NCBI GenBank assembly: GCA_951406725.2
Contig: OX597832.1
Location: forward strand, 54,436,001 to 54,500,000
Direction of reading: 5' to 3'
DNA length: 64,000 bases
Source: Octopus vulgaris
Taxonomy: Eukaryota
The position numbers and the translations under genes are program-made. A model generated the notes under the pieces. The model saw only the letters and a program-made list of their open reading frames with translations, made no database searches and was not told the origin of the DNA. Shown here piece after piece: positions 13,097-27,107 of this stretch (position 1 is the stretch's first letter; each line of letters opens with the position of its first letter).

Positions 13097-13483
13097 GTTG
13101 GAAGCACTCTGTCGGTTACGACAACGAGAATTCTGGTTGATCTGAATCAACGGAACAGCCTGCTCGTGAAATTAACGTGTAAGTGGCTGAGCACTCCACA
13201 GACACGTGTACCCTTAATGTAGTTCTCGGGGATATTCAGCGTGACACAGAGAGTGACAAGGCCGGCCCTTTGAAATACAGGTACAACAGAAACAGGAAGT
13301 AAGAGTGAGAAAAAGTTGTGGTGAAAGAGTACAGCAGGGATCACCACCATCCCCTGCCGGAGCCTCGTGGAGCTTTAGGTGTTTTCGCTCAATAAACACT
13401 CACAATGCCTGGTCTGGGAATCGAAACCGCGATCCTATGACCGCGAGTCCGCTGCCCTAACCACAGGGCCGTTGTGCCTCCAT
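13097..13483 (-). mobile_element. tRNA-derived SINE family E (possibly octopus OR type), full length
   Basis: Minus-strand head GGAGGCAC...GTGGTTAGGGCAGCGGACTCGCGGTC...GGTTTCGATTCCC with A/B boxes. Confidence 0.75.
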
Positions 13484-13799
13484 ATGCAAATAAACACACT
13501 AACATGAAGACAGCTACATGCACAAACACACATGCATAATTTGCAATCCTATAATGGCGACAGTGCTCATACTGTATATATTAAACATGGAGACACATGT
13601 ACGCATAAACATGTGGCTAAGATATATTCCAACTGGCTTTATTTTAACTTCATTTTGACTCACTTTTATTAAGATTTATTGCCTGGAAACCTACAGGATA
13701 TCAAGTTGAGGCTACAAGTTTCTGGTTTATTAACATATTGTGATATGGCCCCCAGTGAAATTATCCTAAAACATTCATTTCGTTGATGGTGCCTTCATA

Positions 13800-13844
13800 T
13801 GTATGTATCCATATATGTATGTATGTGTGTATGAATGTATGTAC

Positions 13845-13877
<33 letters not shown>

Positions 13878-14207
13878 CATGTATGTATGTATGTATATAT
13901 GTATGTATGCATGTATGTATGTATATATCTATGTATGCATGTATGTATGTATATATCTATGTATGCATGTATGTATGTATGTATGTATGTATGTATGTAT
14001 GCGTGTATGTATGTATGTATGTATGTATGTATGTATGTATGCATGCATGCATGTACGTATGTATGTATGTATGTATGTATGTATGTATGAATGTATGCAT
14101 GCATGCATGCATGAATGTATGTATGTATGTATGTATGCATATGTATGTATGTATGCATATGTATGTATGTATACATGATGTATGTATACATGATGTATGT
14201 ATGCATA
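13800..14207. repeat. (ATGT)n microsatellite
   Basis: Direct reading. Confidence 0.95.
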
Positions 14208-14210
14208 TAT

Positions 14211-14470
14211 CACCGTGATCGACCAGGCTATCAGATGTTGCTACACATCGCTGGTCACAATGCGCTTCGCATTGTTTTAGCCTTCAAATGACGCCACACC
14301 GCTGGCTAAGTGAGCAGGCCAACAGAAGAGAGAGTGAGAGAAAATTGTAGCAAAAGAGTACAGCAGGGATCACCATCACCCCCTGCCAGAGCGTTGTGGA
14401 GCTTTAGGTGTTTTTCGCTCAATAAACACTCACAACGCCATGTCTGGGAATCGAAACCGTGATCCTACAA
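14211..14470 (-). mobile_element. SINE family E variant with a different 3' tail
   Basis: Body shared with 13300-13440; tail differs. Confidence 0.65.
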
Positions 14471-14500
14471 TGCATCCATTTCCAAGCAAGTTCACGAGTG

Positions 14501-14565
<65 letters not shown>

Positions 14566-14580
14566 GTATATATATGTATA

Positions 14581-14629
<49 letters not shown>

Positions 14630-14689
14630 AATATATATATATGTAAGTGAAAATCAAAACAAATCAAAATAGATGAACATCAATGGAAT

Positions 14690-15148
14690 TTGTATCTTTG
14701 TGGTACCAGTGCCGGTGGAAGACAAGAAAACCATCCGAATGTGGCCGTAGCCAGTACAGCATCGACTGGCCTCCGTGCTGTGGGCACGTAACAAACACCA
14801 TCCGATCGTGGCCATTCGCCAGCCTCATCTGGCACCTGTGTCGGTGGCACATAAAGAACACCATCCGAGCGTGGCCTACTGCCAGCCTTGTCTGGCACCT
14901 GTGTCGGTGGCACATAAAAAACACCATCCGAGCGTGGCCGTTTGCCAGCCTCGTCTGGCACCTGTGTCGGTGGCACATAAAATCACCCACTACACTCTCG
15001 GAGTGGTTGGCGTTAGGAAGGGCATCCAGCTGTAGAAACACTGCCAGATCTGACTGGCCTGGTGCAGCCTTCGGGCTCCCCAGACCCCAGTTGAACCGTC
15101 CAACCCATGCTAGCATGGAAAACGGACGCTAAATGATGATGATGATGA

Positions 15149-15150
<2 letters not shown>
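14690..15150 (+). mobile_element. RTE-type LINE 3' UTR with 63-bp tandem repeats and (GAT)n tail
   Basis: Units at 14794, 14857, 14920; terminal GGAAGGGCATCCAGCTGTAGAAAC...GCTAGCATGGAA...GATGAT. Confidence 0.75.
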
Positions 15151-15208
<58 letters not shown>

Positions 15209-15812
15209 ATATATATATGTATGTATGTATATGTCCATCCAGCATATTTTTCAAGAATACTGCATCCTAGACGACATTACTGAATGCGTCCTTTTATCAA
15301 GATAGAAAAGTATGCTTTGGTATTTTGTTGGTGATTTAGCTGCTATTTTATGCGCATTCAACCACCACTATGGCTACCTCTTCTGCCAACAGATTCCACG
15401 ACCAATGTCTACCAAAATAAAATTAATGAATTGTAAACTGCAAACACGAATATATTCCTACAAAGAGATTGCTTTATTAAACCTGTGTTTAGAATGTGTT
15501 AATGTTAGAGAGACTCCAGCAGCAACACAAAGCGTAATCATTAACTCCTGGCACTGTACCGATTCCATATGCTTTTCTATTTTTATCCACAAACAACACC
15601 TCGCTAACAATAGTGTCAAACAAAGAAGAAATTTGGTTGAATCGTATGCATACATACATATATATACATACATACAGACATATATACATATGCATACATA
15701 CATATACATACATATGCATACATATATATAAATACATACATATATAAATATATACATATATATATATATATAAATACATATTCATATATATATATAAATA
15801 CATACATACATA

Positions 15813-15859
<47 letters not shown>

Positions 15860-16752
15860 TACATATATACACATATATAAATATATACATACATATATAT
15901 ATATATATACATACATTTCTATATTAATACCAGCATAATACATATATTAATACATACATACATATATATAAATATATACATACATATATATAAATATATA
16001 TACATACATATATATAAATACATATACATATATATGCATACATATACACACATACATATATATATAGACATAAATATAGATACACACACAACATTCCCCT
16101 TTTTTATATCAAAACTGGATGCAAACGAGTTAGTCATTTGCATTCTATAAATATCATGATATTTCGTTAAATTGGTAAAATCTAATTTGGTGCTGTCAGC
16201 CAGGAAGCAAACAGACGGCAAATCCAGTTTTTAATAACCTCAGACAACACAAGGAAATTTCTCAACAATATTTATATTGCATTGAATTTGCGGAACACCT
16301 TGATCGTGTACAAAAAAAACGATATTAATCACATTAACCCTTGTTACTGTGGAAATTAGAAATATCCACTCCAAATTCCACAGTACCCTTAAATGTGGAA
16401 AGTTGCTTTATATACCCAATCTATCTTTTGTTCAGGACTGTCATGTTTGAAACAGTTTTCCACAGAGCTGTATCTGTTATCTTTTATTTGTTTCAGTCAT
16501 TGGACTACGGCCATGCTGCAGCACTGATTGAAGAATTTTTAGCCATTATGAATCAACCCCCCCCAGTACTGTTTTTTTTTCTTTTTTCTTTTAAAGCCTG
16601 TTATTTATTCTATTGATCTCTTTTGCTGAATTGCCAAGTTACAGGGATGTAAACACAACAACACCAATTGTCAAGCAGTGGGTGGGGACAAACATAGACA
16701 CAAAGTTACCCACACACACACAGGTATACATACATACATACATATATATATT

Positions 16753-17095
16753 ATCATCATCATCATCATCGTTTAACGTCCGCTTTCCATGCTAGCATGG
16801 GTTGGACGATTTGACTGGCAAACCAGAGGACTGAGGACTGGCAAACCAGATGGCTGCACCAGGCTCCAATCTGATCTGGCAGAGTTTCTACAACTGGATA
16901 CCCTTCCTAACGCCAACCACTCTGAGAGTGTAGTGCGCATTTTTACGTGCCACCAGCACGAGGGTCAGTCAGGCGGCACTGGAAATAGCCACAAAAAAAT
17001 CGTGTTTTTTTTTTTCATATGTCACCTGCACACTGACACAAATGCCAGCTAGCCACTCTGGCAACGATCATGCTCAGATGGGGCTCTTAGTGCTC
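16753..17095 (-). mobile_element. RTE-type 3' tail
   Basis: Reverse complement of the same tail. Confidence 0.75.
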
Positions 17096-17096
17096 C

Positions 17097-17127
<31 letters not shown>

Positions 17128-17399
17128 ATAGTCTGAGAGGATGGGGCTGAAGGGAAGGTTATACTGCTACTAAGAACAATGACACACACACACACAAGTG
17201 CACGTGCGCACACACACACACGCATTCACAAACATGGACACAAATGAGTGTGCACAGACGGATACACATCATAGAAGAGCATTGCTCCCCAGCCAAACCG
17301 TCCAACCCATGCCAGCATGGGAAGCAGACGTTAAACGATGATGATGATGATGATGGTGATGAACTCACTCGTTATTGTCATGTAATAAACAAATAGAAG

Positions 17400-19083
17400 C
17401 TCTTCTATGTTCATGACCTTGCTCTTACAGGGGAATCACTACCTGAGCTAGGCAGGAAGTTCCAGGTATGGAAACAAGGTCTAGAATCAAAGGGCCTTAG
17501 AGTTAACCTAGCAAAAAACCGAAGTCATACTAAGTAGGAAGGCAGACAAATCACAAATCCCCTCAGGTAGAGACCCTGCTCAATCTGTAAAAAAAGGTGT
17601 AGGTAGAAACTCCATAAGATGCACCCAGTGTAAGCTTCGGACACACAAAAGGTGCAGCAACATCAAAGGAAGGTTAACAGAGAAACTAACTTTTATATGT
17701 GGAGGGTGCACAGGCATATTAAATGCTGAACATGTGCAGAAAATAGACTCCATCAACTGCCAAGGGGGAAAACTAGAGGTAGTAGCTTCTGGTATCCAGG
17801 CAACCAGGTTAGTAGTGGAGGTGGTTGTTCCGAAAGTGTAGCTGTGAGGATAAGATTAGGCTGGGCAAAGTTCAGAGAGCCCCTACTCCTACTGGCAACA
17901 AAGGGCCTCTCTCTCGGAGTGAAAGACAGATTTTTTGATGCTTGTACGTGAACAGCTATGCTACATGGCAGTGCAACATGGGCTGTGACAGCCAAGGACA
18001 TGCATAGGCTTGAGAGAAATGAAGCCAGTATGCTTCGCTGGATGTGCAACATCAGTGTGCATGTTCGACAGAGTGTAAGCATCTTGAGAGAAAAGTTAGG
18101 CATAAGAGGAATCAGATGTAGTGTGCAAGAGAGACAACTGTGCTGGTATGGTAATATGATGTGTATGGACAAGGACAGTTGTGTAAAGAAGTGCTAATCT
18201 CTAACTGTGGAGGGAGCCTGTGGTAGAGGTAGACCCAGGAAGACATGGGACGAGGTGGTGAAGCATGACTTTCAAACTTTGAACCTCACAGAGGCAATGA
18301 CTAATGACTAAGACCTTTGGCGATGTACTCTGCTTAAGAGGACCTCTTAAACCAAGTGCACCCATGCTGGTGGGGTGTAACAAAATCAGCCTTTGAACGT
18401 TGGGCCTCACGGAAGCAAAGTGGCTGAGTTCCTTTCGAGCGTTGGGCCTCATGGAGGTGACATGGCTGAGTTCCTTTCAAGTGTTGAGCCTCAAGGAAGC
18501 AAAGTCGTCGAGCTCCTGGGCCTCATGGAAGCAAAGTGGCTGAGCTCCTGGGCATCATGGAGGCAAAGTGGCCAAGCTCCTGAGCCTCATGGAGGCAAAG
18601 TGGCCAAGCTCCTGGGCCTCATGGAGGCAAAGTGACCGAGCTCCTGGGCCTCATGGAGGCAAAGTAGCAGAGTTCCTTTTGAGTGTGGGACCTCGCGGAG
18701 GTGAGGTGGTTGACTTCCTTTCAAGCGTTTGACCTCATGGAGGCAAAGTGGCTGAGCTCCCCTCGAGTGTTGGGCCTCACAGAGGCAATGACCAAGACTT
18801 TTGGCATTATATCATGCCTGAGAAGCAGACCCATCAAACTAGGCAAAATCGCAGTCATGGCAGATACCAGTGTCACACAAATGGCACCTGTGCCGGTGGC
18901 ACATAAAAGCACCCATTACACTCTCGGAGTGGTTGGCGTTAGGAAGGGCATCTAGCTGTAGAAAACCATGCCAAATCAGATGGATCCTGGTGCAGCCTTC
19001 CAGAGGGCCAGCCCAGTCAAACCGTCCAGCCCATGCCAGCATGGACAACGGACATTGAACAATGATGATGATGATGATGATGA
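17400..19083 (+). mobile_element. Decayed RTE (BovB-like) LINE: RT C-terminal region, Cys/His knuckle, 3' UTR
   Basis: Frameshifted peptides PCSICKKGVGRNSIRCTQC..HKRC, LHGSATWA..LERNEASMLRWMCN, GRGRPRKTW; (GAT)n tail. Confidence 0.85.
18393..18790 (+). repeat. Minisatellite of mixed 42-bp and 32-bp units inside the RTE 3' region
   Basis: TGGGCCTCATGGAGGCAAAGTGGCCAAGCTCC-type units at 18517, 18549, 18581, 18613, 18645; 42-bp units at 18401 and 18443. Confidence 0.9.
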
Positions 19084-19265
19084 AGTTCATGTATGAAATT
19101 GATCTTTGTTCTACTTCAATTATTACATATTTTTCTCTTATAAAAATGCACACAAACAGGAGTAGTAAATTATATATATAATAATATTCTGAGTGTGGCT
19201 CCTGGGACACAGTAAAAGTAATTACCCGATCAATGAAGGGTATTACTGCTAGTGTATATATATAT

Positions 19266-19410
19266 AGGAAGGGCATCCAGCTGTAGAAACATTGCCAGAT
19301 AAGACTGGAGCCTGGTGCAGCCTTCTGGCTTCCCAGATCCCCGGTCGAACCGTCCAACCCAAGCTAGCATGGAGAACGGACGTTAAACGATGATGATGAT
19401 GATGATGATG
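19266..19410 (+). mobile_element. RTE-type 3' tail, 5'-truncated
   Basis: Near-identical to 43366-43509. Confidence 0.8.
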
Positions 19411-19650
19411 ATATATATACTCACACACACACACATACACACATACACACATACATATAAATATATATTTATATAAATAAGGATAAGATCGATATTTAAA
19501 TATCGAACTTATCAGGTGGCCAGCATGGGAATAGAAACCTTCAAAGGTAATAATTATTTAAAATTATAATTTAGGGTATCTAAGAGATACCACCACGCTG
19601 GAGATAGCAGTCAAAACTTTACTCTAAAACCACATTAAATGTTCATACAA

Positions 19651-19693
<43 letters not shown>

Positions 19694-21321
19694 ATATCGT
19701 GTACATTAAAACACACATAATGCACCTTTTATTCCTTCAGAATTAAGAGTATGCAGTCTTCGAAACATGTGTCGAGAGTAAAGGAATTTTGTTAAAATAT
19801 TCGTTCGACTCCATTCTTTCATTTATTTATATATATATATACACATACATAGAAACACACATGCATGAGTGTTCTGAAAGTCTAATAAACAGTCTTTTAT
19901 GCCACTTAAAGAGGTCATTCACAAAAACATTTTCTTAGAAACCAGTTCAATTGAAGTAAAAACAGAATAAATATGAGAACAACTTTTATTGTCTGGTGTC
20001 TATCTGTAAGAAGTAAGTGAACTTGTCACACAGCAGAAATGGGGGTTAAATACATTAAAAGTTAAAGAAACATCAGTCATTATCATTATTATTATTATTA
20101 TGAGAACATTTGTATTATTAATAGTGAAAGTGTTTATAAAGGCGTTCTGTGGTAACTTATATCAGCACTGCAAGCATCATACATCTATTACTAGTTATCT
20201 TGGTTGCTAATCTAGGAAACATAGAATTTCGTCAAATGTGGCTCTTGGAGAATCGGCCGAGTGAAATGTTGCTTTTCAGTAAATAAATTAACATCTAAGC
20301 CCTGCAGTATGTATTGTCCAGTTACTTACTATATTTCACACATTTGAAACAGCCAATACATAGATATAAAAGATAAGTGGCCAAGCTCCTGGGCCACTTT
20401 GCATAGAACAACAAAAGCGATTTATGTAACGACATTACTAGAGCGTGAAATAATATCATGTTTTACTCAACATCTTAAATAAGGAAATGAATGAAAGAAC
20501 TACAAAGAAGATTAAAAGTGTCTGTGATTTTTTTGTCGTTGGATTCAGTCCAGCTAGTCACAGTGAGGTTAGTGATTTGGGTCAGATTAGTAATATTGTA
20601 TTTACCAATGTAAGAGTTGTTATTAGCAATGGTTTGTAATAAATTCAGCGTGACATTCCAGGCTCTCTGCTTGACATAGTAAAGAGTGAATATTCGAATA
20701 GGAAAATAATGTTCATGTTATAAATATTTATTTCTGTATTATTTAGGTATTTTATGGAGGGAGCGAAGTGAAATATCGGTGACGCATGAAATTGCTCTTC
20801 AAGTATACAATGTCAAATAGGAGTGGAGGATGCCGAAATAACTAGATTTTTTGCATTGATATGGTTAATTTAATTCACGGCAAAGAAACATAATCTGTGC
20901 CTTGTAAGTGAATTTCGAATATGGACACTATATACAAATCCTTCAAGTGTATGTATATCGTCATCGTCATCATCATCATCGTTATCATTATCATCATTCA
21001 ATTTCTGTTTTCTAAGCTGGCATGGGTTGGACTGTTTGACAGGAGCTGACAAGCCAGAGAGCTCCATCAAATTCTAATTATGTTTTGGCATGGCTTCTGC
21101 AGCTGGATGCCCTACCTAATGCCAACCACTATACAGAGTGTATTGGGTGCTTTTTTCTTTTACATTACACTAGCACTGGCTCTGAAACACACTGCTAACA
21201 CAGGTAGGATGAAATAAGTGTCAGCAGAACATTGAGGGCCAAGTAATTAACTAAACCCCTCCTCATAAAATTGCTGGCCTTGTTATTACTATTGTTATTA
21301 GTATTAATAATAACAATAATA

Positions 21322-22139
21322 ATAAAACATTGTGTACAGTGCTCAGGTGCACTACAACTCATCTAAAGTGTATGTATAATCAGGTGTAGTTTCGGCGGAT
21401 TTCGGAAAGCATGAGGGCCTTAAAGGATGCAGTGTCATGGCAGTCAACAACTGACGCAGGCAGTTTATTCCATGCTTCAGCAACTCTGAGCGTGAAAAAA
21501 TGTTTCCGAAAGTCATGGGAGCTGTGTTGTTTTCTGACTTTGTAGGCATGTCCACGTGTGTTAGACACATGGAGATCAAAAAGGTGTTCAGTGTTGTTGT
21601 TGGTGAGGTGGTTGATAACCTTGTGGGTGTTTACCAAGTCCGTCGGCAGACACCGGAGCTTCAGTGAATCCATGCCCAGGGAAACAAGGCGCTCAGAGTA
21701 TGGTAGGTGTCTGATGGAGGGTATGCGTTTGGTTGCACGTCTCTGGACAGATTCCAGGAGGTCAATGTTCTGAGCAAGATAGGGGTTCCAAACTGATGAT
21801 GCGAATTCCAAGTGTGGTCGTACCATAGCTGTATACAGTTTTAAATAGATGGCTGGAGAGCGGCTAACAAAAGTCTTGCTGAGTGATGCCAAGACACCCT
21901 CGGCCTTCTTGACAATTTTAGAGATATACTTTGTCCAACGCAAATCACTGCTGACAGTGATGCCTAGGTCACGCTCACAAGAGGATTTCTTTGTGGGTGT
22001 TTACCAAGTCCATCGCCAGACGCCGGAGCTTCAGTGAATCCATGCCCAGGGAAACAAGGTGCTCAGAGTATGGTAGGTGTCTGATGGAGGGTATGCGTTT
22101 GGTTGCACGTCTCTGAACAGATTCCAGGAGGTCAATGTT
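21322..22139 (-). mobile_element. CR1-group LINE 3' fragment (RT C-terminus) with 149-bp internal duplication
   Basis: ORF 21380-21943: YTAMVRPHLEFASSVWNPY..LESVQRRATK..TRGH..RKHFFTLRV..WNKLP; 21991-22139 repeats 21621-21769. Confidence 0.9.
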
Positions 22140-22282
22140 ATTATTGTTGTTGTTGTTGTGTTGTTGTTGTGTGGTTCTTCTTCATTTGTGATAAAGTTGA
22201 ATTCATTGTTTACAGAGGAATTTTATGTTTGCGTAGCTCTTTGAATTTCTAGAATTTCAATGAAGATTATATTTAACTATCT

Positions 22283-22862
22283 TATTTCTTATTTCTTTAC
22301 TGCCCAAAAGGGACTATTGACCCCGAAAGGATGAAAGGCAAAGTCGACCTCTGCGGAATTTGAACTCGGAATGTAGAGATCTGGCGAAATACCCATTTCT
22401 TTACTGCCCACAAGGGGCTACACACAGAGGGAACAAACAAGGACAGACAAACGGATTAACTCGATTACATCGACCCCAGTGTGTAACTGGTACTTATTTA
22501 ATCAACCCCAAAAGGATGAAAGGCAAAGTCGACCTCAGCGGAATTGGAACTCAAAACGTAGTGGCAGACGAAATACCTAGGGCTAAACACAGAGGGGATA
22601 ATACAAGGGGCTAAACACAGAGGGGATAAACAAGGACAGACATAGGTATTAAGTCGATTAAATCGACCCCAGTGCGTAACTGGTACTTAATTTATCGACC
22701 TCGAAAGGATGAAAGGCAAAGTCGACCTTGGCAGAATTTGAACTCACAACGTAATGCAGACGAAATACCGCTAAGCATTTTGCCCGGCGTGCTAACGTTT
22801 CTGCCAGCTCGCCGCCCGCTAAGCATTTCACCCAGCATTCTAACATTTCTGCCAGCTCCCCA
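22283..22862 (-). mobile_element. Nested/tandem family B2 SINE cluster
   Basis: Three GAAAGGATGAAAGGCAAAGTCGACC cores. Confidence 0.85.
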
Positions 22863-22864
22863 CC

Positions 22865-23080
22865 TGGAGGCACATGGCCTAGTGGTTAAAGCCGCAGACT
22901 CACGGTCAAGGGATAGCATGTTCGAATCTCAGACCGGGCAAAGCTCCACGTGGCTCTGGCAGAAGGTAATGGCGAACGTCTGCTGACTCTTTCGCCACGA
23001 CTTTCTCACGATCTTTCCTCCTGCATCAAGCAGCTCACCTGCAACAGACTGGGAGACTGGCCAGACATGGCTCAAGAAGG
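22865..23080 (+). mobile_element. SINE family E variant
   Basis: GGAGGCACATGGCCTAGTGGTT head; homologous to 54003-54250. Confidence 0.65.
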
Positions 23081-23109
23081 AATGAGCAACAACAGCATCT
23101 ATCTATCTA

Positions 23110-23149
<40 letters not shown>

Positions 23150-23152
<3 letters not shown>

Positions 23153-23558
23153 TCTTTTACTTGTTTCAGTCATTTGACTGTGGCCATGCTGCAGCACCAT
23201 CTTTAGTCAAGCAGATCGACCCCAGGACTTATTTTTTGTTAGTCTACTACTTATTCTATCGGTCTCTTTATGCTGAATTACTAAGTTACGGGGACATAAA
23301 CCCACCAGCATCGGTTGTCAAGCGATGTTGGGGGGAGGGGGGCAAACACAAACACAAACATATACACACACATACATATATATATATATATACATATATA
23401 CGATGGACTTCTTTCTGTTTCCATCTACCAAATCCACTCACAAGGCTTTGGTTGGCCTGAGGCTATAGCAGAAGACACTTGCCCAAGATGCCACGCAGTG
23501 GGACTGAACCCGGAACCATGTGGTTAGTAAGTAAGCTACTTACCACACAGCCACTCCT

Positions 23559-23560
<2 letters not shown>
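23150..23560 (-). mobile_element. SINE family A
   Basis: Consensus match. Confidence 0.85.
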
Positions 23561-23603
<43 letters not shown>

Positions 23604-24224
23604 TAAGTTTAGTTTTAATCTCTCTGTTCTTATAAACACCAAGTAGCTATTTAACTTGCTTTGTGATCGTGAATGCACCAAACCATGCGTGTGCATATGC
23701 TTACATTTTCGCGGATGGTTCCATGAACCAGTGTACACATGCCATGCATCTTAAACGAGAGCTTTATACACCCATATTTATTAACAATTATTTTCAATAC
23801 TTTTCAGGCAGTATAGCATGTTTATTTCTTTTTTTTTTTTGCATCCGTGATTTTATTTTTGATCTTCTAAGTAAATGAAGACATTTCCTTCGTTTTGCTG
23901 CTTTTCGAAGCTGGACAATATATGCAAATCTTTCAAGTGTATGTATATCGGCATTGTTATCATCCCTGTTGTCATCGTCATCGTTATCATTATCATCATC
24001 ATCATCATTCAATTTCTAAGAAATGAGAAGACACATTGCGGAACTGTTATTTTAATGAGTTGTGTCTGTTTATCGCCCAATGAGAACATCTGCACTGCCG
24101 GACGCTCCTGAAGCAGTTGTTAAGTGTCCCACCAGTGAGGGATTGATGTTAGATGTGTTGAAAGAATTGCCATGATTAATAATAAAAATTCTCATATGTT
24201 CCATCTTCTGTCTTTCATTTACCA

Positions 24225-24630
<406 letters not shown>

Positions 24631-24754
24631 AGCTGAAACAGTCACTCACATAAACAAACATACATACACACATATATACATAGATCAAAAGAGAAAGAGA
24701 GAAAGATGGTAAGAAAAACAAAGGGAGCATGCATGCCTGCGTGTGTGTGAGTTT

Positions 24755-24788
<34 letters not shown>

Positions 24789-25246
24789 AACAAAAATCAA
24801 AAGCATAAAAACAAACAAAGTAACAGAAAAACAAAAACAAAATAAATCAATGGAGAAGAAAGAGACACCAGACTTTGTGGAATCCATTTTTGAATAAAAG
24901 AAAAATTCTTCGTAGAACAACCGAACGTCTGTAAGGAATCGGTATTTTAGCTTAAAGAAAGATAAAGGGAGAGATTAGTGATTATCTATAGTAGCATATG
25001 AAACAAGAGTCTTTATATGCTCCACCAGCAAAATAAATAATAAGGGATTTCGGTTCATTCATAGATTCATTTAGGTTAGTCACTAATTGTATACAGTGTA
25101 TAAATGGTGATATGTAAAACTATCTTACTTCCGTCTGTTGAAATGTTTGTTTATGTTCTTGTAATCAACTAACCCCATTCCTACCCCTAAAACCGCTGGC
25201 TCTGTGCCAAAATCAGAAAGAAATATTATTATTATATTATTATTGC

Positions 25247-25280
25247 TCTTCTTCTTCTTCTTCTTCTTCTTCTTCTTCTT

Positions 25281-25358
<78 letters not shown>
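25247..25358. repeat. (CTT)n + (TTA)n microsatellite
   Basis: Direct reading. Confidence 0.95.
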
Positions 25359-25850
25359 GAGTGAGAGAGCAGTGCATGCCATCAAAGCGCCACTGGGGTA
25401 AAATATACGAAGCCCAGTATACCCATCATGACTACCCATCAGGTAAGGGTACACTAGGCACATGCATCACAGCCATATGTGCATGACATGGTGATCTTAT
25501 ATCATGATAAACAGTGCAAGACCTTGCAGATGGGGCCCAGTTAGAATTTTCTTCTGGTCAAGTAGCCCATCCTGTTTCAAAGGTCCCTGAATAACGGCTG
25601 TTTAAGGATGTTGAACGAAACACCCATGTTTCCGGAGGTGAATTCTCTAAAGTTCAAAGAATTCCTCTTGACACATGGCTATGATGCTCCCCCCACAACT
25701 TCTGCTCGTGATCAGAGATGCACATATTGTGAGCCACTAAGGGACATGCTCAACTGGTTACGGTCAAACAACTGACAAGCAAATCTGTGGTATTGAGCAG
25801 AATATTTGCTGTAGCCCATCTTTTATACCAAGACAAAACAATGTACATTA
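25359..25850 (-). mobile_element. 3' end of a non-LTR element sitting in (TAA)n (R4/Dong-like placement); shorter copy at 26135-26225
   Basis: Both copies begin (TTA)n-GTGAGAGAGCAGT..CCATCAAA..CACTGGGGTAAAATAT; family assignment inferred. Confidence 0.5.
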
Positions 25851-26088
25851 ATATTATTATTATCATTATCATCATCATCATCATCATTATTATTATTATT
25901 ATTATTATTGTTTAGGCAGCAAGCTGGCAGAACTGTCAGTATTCTGGGTAAAATGCTTAGCGGCATTTCATCCATCTTTACATTCTGAGTTCAAATTCTG
26001 CCAAGGTTGACTTTGCCTTTCATCAGTCCCCCTCCCATAAAATTTTCAGGCCTTTTGCTTTTAGTAGAAAAAATTATTATTACTATTA

Positions 26089-26127
<39 letters not shown>

Positions 26128-26332
26128 TATTATTAGTGAGAGAGCAGTACATACCATCAAAATGACACTGGGGTAAAATATATGAAGCCCAGTATACCCA
26201 TCATGACTACCCGTCTGATAAGGCATCACAACCCTAACCCTAACTCCTGCATGGAACCTTGGGCAAGTATCTTCTACTATAGCCTTATGAGTGTATTTGG
26301 TAGAGGGAAACTAAAAGAAGCCCTTGAATGTG

Positions 26333-26386
<54 letters not shown>

Positions 26387-26632
26387 TGTGTGTTTGTGTA
26401 TATCCATTATGACCATTTGACAACCAGTGTTGGAGTGCTATGTCTCTATAACTTAGCAGTTCGGCAAAAGAGACCAATACAATAAGTGCCAGGCTTAAAG
26501 AAAAGAAAAAGTATTGGGATCGATTTGTCTGACTAAAATTCTTCAAGGCAGTGCCCCTGCATGGCTGCAATCTGATGACTGAAACAAGTTAAAAAAAAAA
26601 AGTGTGTGGTGTGAAAGAAATAGAAACTTTTA

Positions 26633-27107
26633 AAGGTGGCGAGCTGGCAAAAACGTTAGCATGCCAGGCGAAATGTTTAGCGGTATTTCGTCTGCCGTTA
26701 CGTTCTGAGTTCAAATTCTGCCAAGGTCGACTTTGCCTTTCATCCTTTCGGGGTCGATTAAATAAGTACCAGATATGCACTGGGGTCAATATAATCGAGT
26801 TAATCCGTTTGTCTGTCCTTGTTTGTCCCCTCTCTGTGTAGCTCCTTGTGGGCAATAAAGCAATTATTATTTATTACAGGTCAAGGCAGTGAGCTGGCAG
26901 AAACATTAGCACACCGGGCGAAATGCTTAGCCAGTATTTCATCTGCCGCTACATTCTGAGTTCAAATTCCACCGAGGTCAACATTGCCTTTCATCCTTTC
27001 GGGGTCGATTAAATAAGTACCAGTTATGTACTGGGGTCGATATAATCAACTTAATCCATTTGTCTGTCCCCTCTGTGTGTAGCTCCTTGTGGGCAGTAAA
27101 GAAATAA
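26633..27107 (+). mobile_element. Two tandem family B2 SINEs
   Basis: Heads at 26633 and 26884. Confidence 0.85.

Noticed and set aside
13400-13483. tRNA genes at tRNA-like segments (also 2580, 2700, 22865, 54003)
   Set aside because: No complete cloverleaf; each continues into a SINE body.
23663-23940. In-frame TGA read-through (selenocysteine) of ORF 23663-23878
   Set aside because: No recognisable protein or SECIS; the paralogous segment does not preserve the frame.
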